A DNA stretch of 53,768 nt from Cyanobacteria bacterium UBA3803. Its GTDB lineage: Bacteria > Cyanobacteriota > Vampirovibrionia > Gastranaerophilales > Gastranaerophilaceae. This document shows positions 30,105 through 38,057 of this stretch, one piece after another. The stretch covers positions 1-53,768 of the forward strand of contig DFEL01000028.1 of the NCBI GenBank assembly GCA_002369055.1, written 5' to 3'. Each line of letters begins with the position of its first letter. The first letter of the stretch is position 1. The notes below the pieces were generated by a model that was given only the letters and a program-made list of their open reading frames with translations, had not been told where the DNA came from and ran no database searches. The position numbers and the translations under genes were made by a program.

Positions 30105-31019
30105 CTACGCTCTAGGATGAGAGTGTTCAAATACATCTTGCAAATGTTTTGTTGATACATGGGTATAAATTTGTGTGTTTGAGATACTTGCATGACCTAA
30201 CAATTCTTGAACAACTCTTAAATCAGCACCATTTTCAATTAATCTTGTTGCAAAACTGTGCCTAAACATGTGAGGAGTAACATGCTTTGGTAACTCTATA
30301 TGTTCCACCGTTTCATTAATTACATTTCTAATAGTTTTATTTTGTAATCTATAACCTGTATTGTTTATAAATACAGGTGTTTTATCAGTTATAGGTTCAA
30401 GCGTAAATCCTTTTGCAACAAGCGGTCTTGCAGTTTCAATATATCTTTGAAGATAATTTTTTGCTCTGTCAGAAACTAATACTATTCTTTCTTTTGCACC
30501 TTTACCAAAAACGGTTATCTCATTATTCTCAAGGTTTAAATCACCAAAATTTAATCCACTAAGCTCTGATACACGCATACCTGTTGCCCATAGAAGCTCC
30601 AGTATCGCACGATTTCTAAAACCGGCAGGAGTTTCAATTTTTATACCTGATAAAATTTGTTCAATTTCACTTGTAGTTAAAAATTTTGGTAATGATTTTG
30701 GTCGTTTTGGTGCGGATAAGTTTACTGTTGGATTTGTATCAATAAGTCTTTCTCGATATAAGTACTTATAAAAGGTTCTGATTGAAGCAATTTTTCTTGC
30801 AAGTGAAGTTTTCTTATATTCAAATTTTTGAATGTAATACAAATAATCTCTTACTTTTTGAAAATTAACGTCAAGACACGATGCCTCATCAAGCCATAAT
30901 AAATAGCTCATCACATCCGAATAATAAGCTTTAGCTGTATGTTGAGAAAAGTTTTTTTCAATCAAAAGGTATGTTTTAAAATCTTCCAAATAATTTTTTG
31001 ACTCTTTTTTTAGCCCCAT
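30105..31019 (-). CDS. XerC/XerD-family tyrosine recombinase
   Basis: 304 aa. N-terminal SAM-like domain (..S..T..AY..D...) and catalytic ..G.R.SEL..L... HM.RHSFAT.L...GADLR.VQ.LLGH..I..TQIYTHV. Confidence 0.85.
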   Translation of the reverse strand: MGLKKESKNYLEDFKTYLLIEKNFSQHTAKAYYSDVMSYLLWLDEASCLDVNFQKVRDYLYYIQKFEYKKTSLARKIASIRTFYKYLYRERLIDTNPTVNLSAPKRPKSLPKFLTTSEIEQILSGIKIETPAGFRNRAILELLWATGMRVSELSGLNFGDLNLENNEITVFGKGAKERIVLVSDRAKNYLQRYIETARPLVAKGFTLEPITDKTPVFINNTGYRLQNKTIRNVINETVEHIELPKHVTPHMFRHSFATRLIENGADLRVVQELLGHASISNTQIYTHVSTKHLQDVFEHSHPRA

Positions 31020-31115
31020 AATTATTCCTACTTACGCACGATTTTTTTTTATAAATGCTATTATACAATATTTTCGTATAATTGGACAATTTATTACGAA
31101 AATTGAGGATACAAA

Positions 31116-33074
31116 ATGAGATTAGAAAAAAAGATTATTATTGCCGCAGCAGTTGCCGGTTTATTGTCAACATCAGTTTATGAGTCTTATGCAAAGCCTG
31201 TAAACAGGAAAGTTGCACCAACAAAAGCAGCCGTTAAAAACACACCGGTAAAAGCAGTCCATAAAAAAACTGTTATTACGGCACAGGTTACAAAAAATTA
31301 TCAACAAATTGATAAATTATTGGAAGATGAAAATTATAAACAAGCGGATAAATTACTTGACACTATGTTAAAAAACAATCCAAATGACATAACGGCACGT
31401 GCATTATATGCTGTTTCTTTGGCAAAGCAAAATAAGCTTGATGTTGCTCAAGAGCAATTAAACAAATACTTACCAAAATACCCTAAAAATGCAAATCTTC
31501 ACTATGCACAAGGTATTGTAAACATAAAAAGACAAGCATCTTCAGATATGGATTATAGAAATAACTCCGAAGAACTTATAAAAGAAGCAACAAACGAATT
31601 TAATGAAGCAATAAAATTAGACCCAAAACATTATCCTTCATATAACGCACTTGGAATTATTGCATTAAATACGGGAAATTTACCAAAAGCCAGAGAATTT
31701 TTTAATAGAGCACTAGAAATTGATAAAAATTATTCAACTGCAATTGATAACTCAGGAACAATAGACTACTTAAAAGGTGATTATGAAGAAGCACAAAATA
31801 AATTTTTGAAAGCACTAAGCATAAATCCAAATAGTTCAACAGCATATTTTCACTTGGCACAAGTTTTTGATAAAAAATCAATGTACTCAAGAGGATTGGA
31901 TTCAATTGACCATTCATTAAGATTAAAACCACAATCTTCAGTAGCATACAATCTTCGTGGTGAAATATTGAAAAAACAAGGTAACGAAGCCGCAGCAATA
32001 GAATCATTTAAAAAATCCATTGCAATAAAACCCGAAAATACAAAACCTTATATGAATTTAGCAAGAATTTATGAAAAACGTTTTGACAATGAGCTTGCAA
32101 TTGCAAATTTAAAATCTGCATTGGCTGTAAATCCATCATTAAACCAAGCAAAATTATATATTGCAGATTTATCATTACTAAAAGGTGATAACAAAGAAGC
32201 ATTAAAATACTATTCAAGTTTGGTTGGAGTTGACGGTTATAATGCTGATGCTTTAAAAGGTATTGCCAATGCTTATTTTGCAGATGCAAAAGTTAGTGCA
32301 AGTCAAAATATTATCGGAAGGGATAAAAATTTAGAAAATGCATACAATAGCATCGAAAGAGCATTAAATGCAAATCCTAACGACTTAGAATTATATCTTG
32401 CAAAATTAAAATTAGCAAAAATAACAAACAGAGAACAAGCAACGGAAGAAGCTTTAAAAAAGATAATAGATACACCTGCAAGGGGCTTAAATGATATGCT
32501 TGCAAAAGGTGATGCTTATTTTGCAATGAATAAATATCAAGAAGCAAAGGAAATGTTTGAAAATTCTGTTGTATTTGCACAGTCACCGGAAGATTACTTG
32601 TTTGTTGCAGAAATTTTAACTTATGACAGATTTTATCCGAGTGCTAAAAATATTTTAAGAAAAGTTCTTATTAATGATTCTTCAAATGAAGAAGCAATAC
32701 ATAATTTAAACTACATTTCAGCAATGGAAAAGCAATCGGACTCGTTATATAAAGATGCAAAATTCTTAACTAAAAAGGACAAAAACAAGGTTTTTGCAAG
32801 AGAATATGCACTTCGTTCATTGGAATATAATCCAACAAATTATGATGCGGCATTACTAAGTGCAAAATTGTGCGAAAAACAAAAAAAATACCAACAAGCA
32901 ATAGATTCTTACAAAGTTGTTGCAGGATTAGACCAAAGACCACGTAAAGTTAAGAGTTTTAATAAAAAAATAACAAAACTTGAAAAGAAATTACAAAAAG
33001 TAAATAATAAATACAAACAAAAAGAGGAAAAAGAATTCAAAAAATGGCAAAACAACTCAACGCCAAATTTATAA
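31116..33074 (+). CDS. Secreted tetratricopeptide (TPR) repeat protein
   Basis: 652 aa with a signal-like N-terminus and many A..Y..G.......A...F..AL..DP.. TPR units. Confidence 0.75.
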   Translation: MRLEKKIIIAAAVAGLLSTSVYESYAKPVNRKVAPTKAAVKNTPVKAVHKKTVITAQVTKNYQQIDKLLEDENYKQADKLLDTMLKNNPNDITARALYAVSLAKQNKLDVAQEQLNKYLPKYPKNANLHYAQGIVNIKRQASSDMDYRNNSEELIKEATNEFNEAIKLDPKHYPSYNALGIIALNTGNLPKAREFFNRALEIDKNYSTAIDNSGTIDYLKGDYEEAQNKFLKALSINPNSSTAYFHLAQVFDKKSMYSRGLDSIDHSLRLKPQSSVAYNLRGEILKKQGNEAAAIESFKKSIAIKPENTKPYMNLARIYEKRFDNELAIANLKSALAVNPSLNQAKLYIADLSLLKGDNKEALKYYSSLVGVDGYNADALKGIANAYFADAKVSASQNIIGRDKNLENAYNSIERALNANPNDLELYLAKLKLAKITNREQATEEALKKIIDTPARGLNDMLAKGDAYFAMNKYQEAKEMFENSVVFAQSPEDYLFVAEILTYDRFYPSAKNILRKVLINDSSNEEAIHNLNYISAMEKQSDSLYKDAKFLTKKDKNKVFAREYALRSLEYNPTNYDAALLSAKLCEKQKKYQQAIDSYKVVAGLDQRPRKVKSFNKKITKLEKKLQKVNNKYKQKEEKEFKKWQNNSTPNL

Positions 33075-33634
33075 TAAGTGCAGAAAAACTCAGTCAGTGT
33101 CCAAATTTCACACTGGCTGAGTTTCCGTTGTTGGGACGTTCAAATGTCGGTAAATCTTCATTTATTAACTGCCTTTGCAATAACAAAAAACTGGCAAAAA
33201 CATCAAATACTCCTGGAAAAACAAGATTAATAAACTTCTTCAATTTTTCGGAAAAATTTATGATAGCGGATTTGCCGGGTTATGGTTATGCAAAAGTTTC
33301 AAAAGAAGCACAAGAACGCTGGCAAAAATATCTGGAAGAATACTTGTTAAAGCGAGAACAAATAACATCACTAATACAACTTGTTGACGGGCGGCATGAT
33401 TTACAAAAAAATGACCTGCAAATGCGAGAATGGGTAAACGCTTATGAATTACCAATTTTTACGGTGGTTACAAAAATGGATTATGTACCTAAAAACAAAA
33501 TTTTAACAGTTTTAAATACCGTAAAAAAACAATTTGGCGGAGTTGTTTTACCATTCAGTGCTATTGATAGAAAATATTGCGATGATATATTAAATCACTT
33601 AATAGGATTATCTGAAAATAACCTAACAGACTAA
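33044..33634 (+). CDS. engB: Ribosome biogenesis GTP-binding protein YsxC/EngB
   Basis: 196 aa. GRSNVGKSSFIN P-loop and DLPGYGYA switch motif. Overlaps the TPR gene by 31 nt. Confidence 0.88.
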   Translation: MAKQLNAKFIISAEKLSQCPNFTLAEFPLLGRSNVGKSSFINCLCNNKKLAKTSNTPGKTRLINFFNFSEKFMIADLPGYGYAKVSKEAQERWQKYLEEYLLKREQITSLIQLVDGRHDLQKNDLQMREWVNAYELPIFTVVTKMDYVPKNKILTVLNTVKKQFGGVVLPFSAIDRKYCDDILNHLIGLSENNLTD

Positions 33635-33667
33635 TGTATTTAATTAGTTATTGTACATAATTTTTGT

Positions 33668-34060
33668 ATGTACGATTCACTGTGGTATAAATCTTTAAAT
33701 ACACCGTTATTATTACCTCCTGATTGGGTATTTGCACCTGTTTGGATAATTTTATACTTAATGATTTTTGCTTCTTTTTGGATTTTTATTAGAACAGAAA
33801 GTCCTATAAAAAAGACTTTAGCAATTTCATTTTTTGTTATACAACTTTTATTAAACTTTATTTGGTCAACGGTATTTTTTACTATGACTGATATTCAAGG
33901 TGCTTTAATTGTTGTAATTTTCATGTGGCTTTTTATTGCCTTTACAATAATAGAATTTTTCAGAATAAGCAGACTTTCCGCATATTTGCTTATACCATAT
34001 TTATTATGGGTTAGCTTTGCATTATATTTAAATTTAAGTTTTTATCTTTTAAATAAATAA
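33668..34060 (+). CDS. tspO: TspO/MBR family tryptophan-rich sensory protein (short)
   Basis: 130 aa. WY..L..P...PP.WVF.PVW..LY..... pattern and multiple TM helices. Confidence 0.75.
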   Translation: MYDSLWYKSLNTPLLLPPDWVFAPVWIILYLMIFASFWIFIRTESPIKKTLAISFFVIQLLLNFIWSTVFFTMTDIQGALIVVIFMWLFIAFTIIEFFRISRLSAYLLIPYLLWVSFALYLNLSFYLLNK

Positions 34061-34129
34061 CTACATTAAATTATTGAAATATTTAAATTGCTATTCTTAA
34101 AATATTGTTCTATATGATAGTATTAAATC

Positions 34130-34657
34130 ATGAGAAATTTAATATTAATACTGTTGATAATACTTGCCGGTTCTATATCATTTGCTGAAAATGTACAAAA
34201 CGGTTTAAACAGCATGCCTGTTGAAAACACAATAAAAGAAACCGATGAAAATAAAACTTTAGAAAAAGAAGAAGTAAAAAGTTCGGAAGAAAAAACAAAA
34301 GAAGATGATACTATGCCCAAACCTGATTATACGACAGTTATAAAGGGCGAACAAATATTTTATTATGACAAAGAAGGTAAATTTTTTGCAAGAGATAAAA
34401 AAATAAAAGAACAAACATTTTTTTATAATAAAACCGGTCAATTAACGGGAAAGAGTACTATTCGTGGAGAAAAAACTTATTATTACAACGCACTAAATAA
34501 ATTTTTAGGTGTATGTGATGAAAACGAATGCTTTGATAGCGAAATGACATCAACCGGAAAAATTCCTCCGTTACCAAAGATTAAAACCTTTACACCGTAT
34601 GTAAATCCTGATATATTAAACCCAAAGCAACAAGAAAATAAATTGGAAGAAGAATAA
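34130..34657 (+). CDS. Secreted hypothetical protein with short F/Y-Y-Y-N/D repeats
   Basis: 175 aa. Signal peptide MRNLILILLIILAGSISFA. Repeats FYYDKEGKF, FFYNKTGQL and YYYNALNKF. Confidence 0.55.
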   Translation: MRNLILILLIILAGSISFAENVQNGLNSMPVENTIKETDENKTLEKEEVKSSEEKTKEDDTMPKPDYTTVIKGEQIFYYDKEGKFFARDKKIKEQTFFYNKTGQLTGKSTIRGEKTYYYNALNKFLGVCDENECFDSEMTSTGKIPPLPKIKTFTPYVNPDILNPKQQENKLEEE

Positions 34658-34692
34658 TAATTTAAAAAACTAAATAAAATTTAAAAATAGTG

Positions 34693-34721
34693 TTGACAGA
34701 AAAAATTTTTTCTTGTATATT
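34693..34721 (+). promoter_or_regulatory. Promoter of the tRNA-Val transcription unit
   Basis: TTGACA (34693-98), 17-nt spacer, TATATT (34716-21). Confidence 0.6.
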
Positions 34722-34737
34722 GGTTGTACACCATTGA

Positions 34738-34805
34738 GGGCGTTTACCTCAGTTGCCCGGTGAGGTGGAACCGAACGAAAGTTAAATTAAGGCTCTACCA
34801 ACTGA
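34738..34805 (+). other. tRNA-Val-derived fragments in the ~100-nt leader preceding tRNA-Val (not a functional tRNA)
   Basis: GGGCGTTTAcCTCAGTTG copies tRNA-Val nt 1-18 with one change. GGCTCTACCAACTGA is the reverse complement of the tRNA D-arm. No anticodon or T arm can be drawn. Confidence 0.35.
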
Positions 34806-34831
34806 AAAAGAAAATTTAATAATTATGGTGT

Positions 34832-34907
34832 GGGCGTTTAGCTCAGTTGGTAGAGCGCTTCCCTTACAAGGAAGATGTCGGGAGTTCGAGCCTCTCAACG
34901 CCCACCA
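34832..34907 (+). tRNA. tRNA-Val (anticodon UAC), CCA encoded
   Basis: Full hand-folded cloverleaf. Acceptor GGGCGTT/AACGCCC, D arm GCTC-AGTTGGTA-GAGC, anticodon arm CTTCC-CTTACAA-GGAAG, T arm GGGAG-TTCGAGC-CTCTC, discriminator A and CCA. Confidence 0.93.
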
Positions 34908-34915
34908 TTAAAAAT

Positions 34916-34952
34916 AAAAGAGTTTCAGAAATCCTGAAACTCTTTTATTTTA
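34916..34952 (+). terminator. Rho-independent terminator after tRNA-Val
   Basis: AAAAGAGTTTCAG aaatc CTGAAACTCTTTT followed by ATTTTATTTT. Confidence 0.75.
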
Positions 34953-35138
34953 TTTTGTGGTGTAATTTTGGTGTAATTTCGCAAAAGTACTTCCATGTCT
35001 GTTTTGTATCAGGGATTTTGACATAAAGTATTGCAAGTTTGACATATTAAGTCGGAAGTTAAGACGAAAAACTAATTATATTTACCCCTCGGAAGTTTGG
35101 CGAATGTATTTTCTAATTCGGTATTTTAAAATCTTTAA

Positions 35139-36410
35139 ATGCCAAGAATTATTAAAAATACCCTTTTAAATTATATTCCGACTGACTTTGAGATAGAGCA
35201 AATCATTAATCCTGCAAGGATTTTTGAGCTTAATAATAAACCGATTAAATATGGTGAAATTATTTACCTCTGTGAAAGAGAAATCAGAGCCAAAGATAAT
35301 TTTGCTCTCCTATTTGCTATTCAAAAAACTAAAGAACAATCTCTACCCTTAAAAATAATTTATCCGAAAGTTAATTATGAGTACCAACCAAAACAAGTTT
35401 TTATTGACAATCAAATTATTCAAGCAAAAAAGCAATTTAGGCAAATTGGTTTGGATTTTGAAATTATTGAAAAATCTCCGGCTGAAATTATTAAAAATTT
35501 GAGACCGGCTTTGATAATTTTTGATTTTAATCCGATTTTAAAAAGAAAGTATTTAAAAAATGCAGATTTTAAAATATATGAAATTGACGGACATAATATA
35601 ATTCCTGCAAGATTTGTTTCAGATAAACAGGAATACTCTGCCGCAACTTTACGTAGAAAAATCTACTATAACATTTACCCCTTTTTGACTGAATTTGATA
35701 ATTTAACAACAGAAAAAGTTGAAGCGGATTATGTTTTAGAAAATTTTATTAAAAATAAGTTGCAATATTACGCAGAATACAAAAATGATATTTCAAAAGA
35801 TGTTTTATCGGGTTTATCTAAATACATAAATTTAGGTTTTATATCAAGTCAAAGAGTAGCTCTTGAGGTTATAAAATCAGGGGTAAGTGACATAAATAAA
35901 GAGGTATTTTTAGAGGAACTTGTTGTAAGAAAAGAATTAGCAGATAATTTTTGTTTGTATTCTAAAAATTATAAAGACTTCACAAGTATTCCAAATTGGG
36001 CAAAAGTGTCATTAGAAAATCATATGTATGATATCAGACCATATATTTATTCTACGGAAGAATTAGAAAAAGCAAAAACGCACGATACATTATGGAATGC
36101 GACACAAATACAGTTGATAAGAGAAGGAACGATACATGGGTATTTGAGAATGTATTGGGCAAAAAAGATTTTAGAATGGACTCCTTCCCCAAAAGAAGGA
36201 TTAAAGACGGCAATATATCTAAATGATAAATATGCTTATGATTCACCTTCCGCAAACGGTTACACGGGGATTTTATGGGCAATAGCAGGACTTCATGACA
36301 GAGCATTTATTTATTATCCGATAACAGGCAAAATCCGCAGAATGACTTATGATTCTATAAAAAGGAAATATGATTTAGGCGATTATTTGCAAAAATATGT
36401 GCCTAAATGA
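35139..36410 (+). CDS. Class II deoxyribodipyrimidine (CPD) photolyase-like protein
   Basis: 423 aa. The C-terminal block ..WNA.Q.Q....G..HGYLRMYWAKKILEWT.SP.E.L..AIYLND.Y..D...ANGY.GI.W.I.G.HDRAF is the class II photolyase signature. Confidence 0.78.
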   Translation: MPRIIKNTLLNYIPTDFEIEQIINPARIFELNNKPIKYGEIIYLCEREIRAKDNFALLFAIQKTKEQSLPLKIIYPKVNYEYQPKQVFIDNQIIQAKKQFRQIGLDFEIIEKSPAEIIKNLRPALIIFDFNPILKRKYLKNADFKIYEIDGHNIIPARFVSDKQEYSAATLRRKIYYNIYPFLTEFDNLTTEKVEADYVLENFIKNKLQYYAEYKNDISKDVLSGLSKYINLGFISSQRVALEVIKSGVSDINKEVFLEELVVRKELADNFCLYSKNYKDFTSIPNWAKVSLENHMYDIRPYIYSTEELEKAKTHDTLWNATQIQLIREGTIHGYLRMYWAKKILEWTPSPKEGLKTAIYLNDKYAYDSPSANGYTGILWAIAGLHDRAFIYYPITGKIRRMTYDSIKRKYDLGDYLQKYVPK

Positions 36411-36490
36411 TACAAAAGGGGCAAATGTATAATCAAAAGGCTTGATATTACTTCAATACAGAGTTAAATTGTGTATGACAATTAAATATC

Positions 36491-36520
36491 AGGTCAGGAG
36501 TTCAAGTCTCCTATCCTATA
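36491..36520 (+). mobile_element. Orphan 3' fragment of a tRNA gene (old att-site remnant)
   Basis: AGGTC AGGAG-TTCAAGT-CTCCT ATCCTAT A gives a variable loop, T arm and 3' acceptor strand. No matching 5' half lies upstream. It differs from the tRNA-Val 3' end and directly abuts the integrase remnant. Confidence 0.55.
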
Positions 36521-36521
36521 A

Positions 36522-36956
36522 CATAAAATACATGTCCACTTTTTCGGGTACAGTTCAGAACGCAGAATTAAGAATATTCTGACTCTTTTAAATCAGATAA
36601 TAAAATATTTTCAAAATGAAGGATATATTGATAAAACCTGTGTTTTTGAAGTAAAACGCGTAGCTGATATTCCGAAAAGACAAATACAAATTCTGACTCT
36701 GGAACAACTGGCGCAGCTTTTTAAAATTCTGAAAAAGAAATATCCATACTTACTTCCGATTGTTCAAAAATTAATCACATTAAAACAGCCTTTGAACACA
36801 ATTTTAACAGGTAATGAACAACAAAAGAAATCCCTAAAACGCAAAATCCGAAAAGATTTTTATAAAGTAAAGCAGGAACTGGGATTAACTAATTATATGT
36901 TTGATGATTTGAGGCTTTGTAATATTGACAATTCGATAAAAATAATATATTATTAG
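36522..36956 (+). pseudogene. Decayed tyrosine-integrase gene (no start codon, internally deleted, cut after ..FDDLR)
   Basis: Open frame ..ERRIKNILTLLNQIIKYFQNEGYIDKTCVFEVKRVADIPKRQIQILTLEQLAQLFKILKKKYPYLLP..KIRKDFYKVKQELGLTNYMFDDLR.. resembles an integrase core-binding domain and linker joined to the segment just before the H-x-L-R-H box. Most of the catalytic domain is missing. Confidence 0.55.
36667..36914 (+). repeat. Direct repeat copy 1 (integrase-remnant core)
   Basis: Aligns without gaps to 42631..42878, with about 40 mismatches in 248 positions by hand alignment. Weaker, gapped homology extends about 90 nt further left. Confidence 0.8.
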
Positions 36957-36984
36957 GTCATATTAGGTCTAATTGGGTATAAAT

Positions 36985-38040
36985 ATGTTAGAAAATATCG
37001 ATATAAAAATAAATAATCAAATGCTTTCAATTATCTCTGAGATTGATGAATTCAAAGGTTCCTGGAAGTTATTAGGCAAGATGGCTCCGGAAAAATTAAG
37101 AGCATTAAAGAAAGTTGCAACAATAGAAAGTGTAGGTTCTTCAAATCGTATTGAGGGGAATAAACTTTCTGATAGGCAGGTCGAAGAATTATTATCTCGC
37201 ATAAAAAAGCAGTCTTTTGCGAATCGTGATGAAGAAGAAGTTGCCGGGTATGCAAAACTTGCTGATACTATTTTTGAAGATTGGGAAGTGATTCCATTAT
37301 CCGAAAATTATATAAAACAACTTCATAAAATCTTGCTTGAATATTCTTCAAAAGATGAAAAGCATAAAGGTGAATACAAAAAAATATCCAATGCAGTTGC
37401 CGCATATGATAGTGAAGGCAAAGAACTTGGTGTTGTTTTTGATACAGCTACTCCGTTTGAAACACCATTAAAAATGCAGGAACTTGTAGATTGGACAAAT
37501 AAAAATTTATCTGATAAATTTTATCATCCGTTAATTGTCATTGGAATTTTTGTGGTTAATTTTCTTGCAATTCACCCGTTTCAGGATGGAAACGGCAGAT
37601 TATCAAGAGCATTAACAAACCTTTTACTGCTAAAATCCGGTTACGTTTATGTTCCTTACAGTTCAACCGAATCAATAATTGAGGATAATAAAGAAGGATA
37701 CTATAGGGCACTAAGGCAAACTCAGACGACTTTGAATAAAGAACCTGATTATGAACCGTGGCTGATGTTTTTCCTAAAGACATTGCAAAAGCAAAAAATC
37801 AGACTTGAGTATAAAATAGAACACGCAAACACTTCCGTTAAATCCAATTTAGACCTACCGGAAATTTCAGCAAAAATCATGGAAGTTTTTGAAACAAAAG
37901 ACAGAGCAACAATTTCCGAATTGTCTGAATTAACAGGAACAAATATTAATACAATTAAAAAGCATTTATCAAGTCTGGTTGAGAATAATTACCTTACTAA
38001 ACATGGCAAAACTCGTGGTGCTTGGTATACTAAAAATTAA
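36985..38040 (+). CDS. Fic-family protein (AMPylase-type) with a C-terminal winged-helix domain
   Basis: Fic motif HPFQDGNGRLSR, with a C-terminal ..ISEL.ELTG.N.NTIKKHL..L.. wHTH. The track start 36973 is TTG; ATG 36985 is preferred. Confidence 0.85.
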   Translation: MLENIDIKINNQMLSIISEIDEFKGSWKLLGKMAPEKLRALKKVATIESVGSSNRIEGNKLSDRQVEELLSRIKKQSFANRDEEEVAGYAKLADTIFEDWEVIPLSENYIKQLHKILLEYSSKDEKHKGEYKKISNAVAAYDSEGKELGVVFDTATPFETPLKMQELVDWTNKNLSDKFYHPLIVIGIFVVNFLAIHPFQDGNGRLSRALTNLLLLKSGYVYVPYSSTESIIEDNKEGYYRALRQTQTTLNKEPDYEPWLMFFLKTLQKQKIRLEYKIEHANTSVKSNLDLPEISAKIMEVFETKDRATISELSELTGTNINTIKKHLSSLVENNYLTKHGKTRGAWYTKN

Positions 38041-38057
38041 AAATAGATGTTTTGTTC

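Noticed and set aside
34738-34805. A second tRNA gene upstream of tRNA-Val
   Set aside because: Only the acceptor 5' strand and a D-arm-like hairpin can be drawn. No anticodon or T arm exists on either strand.
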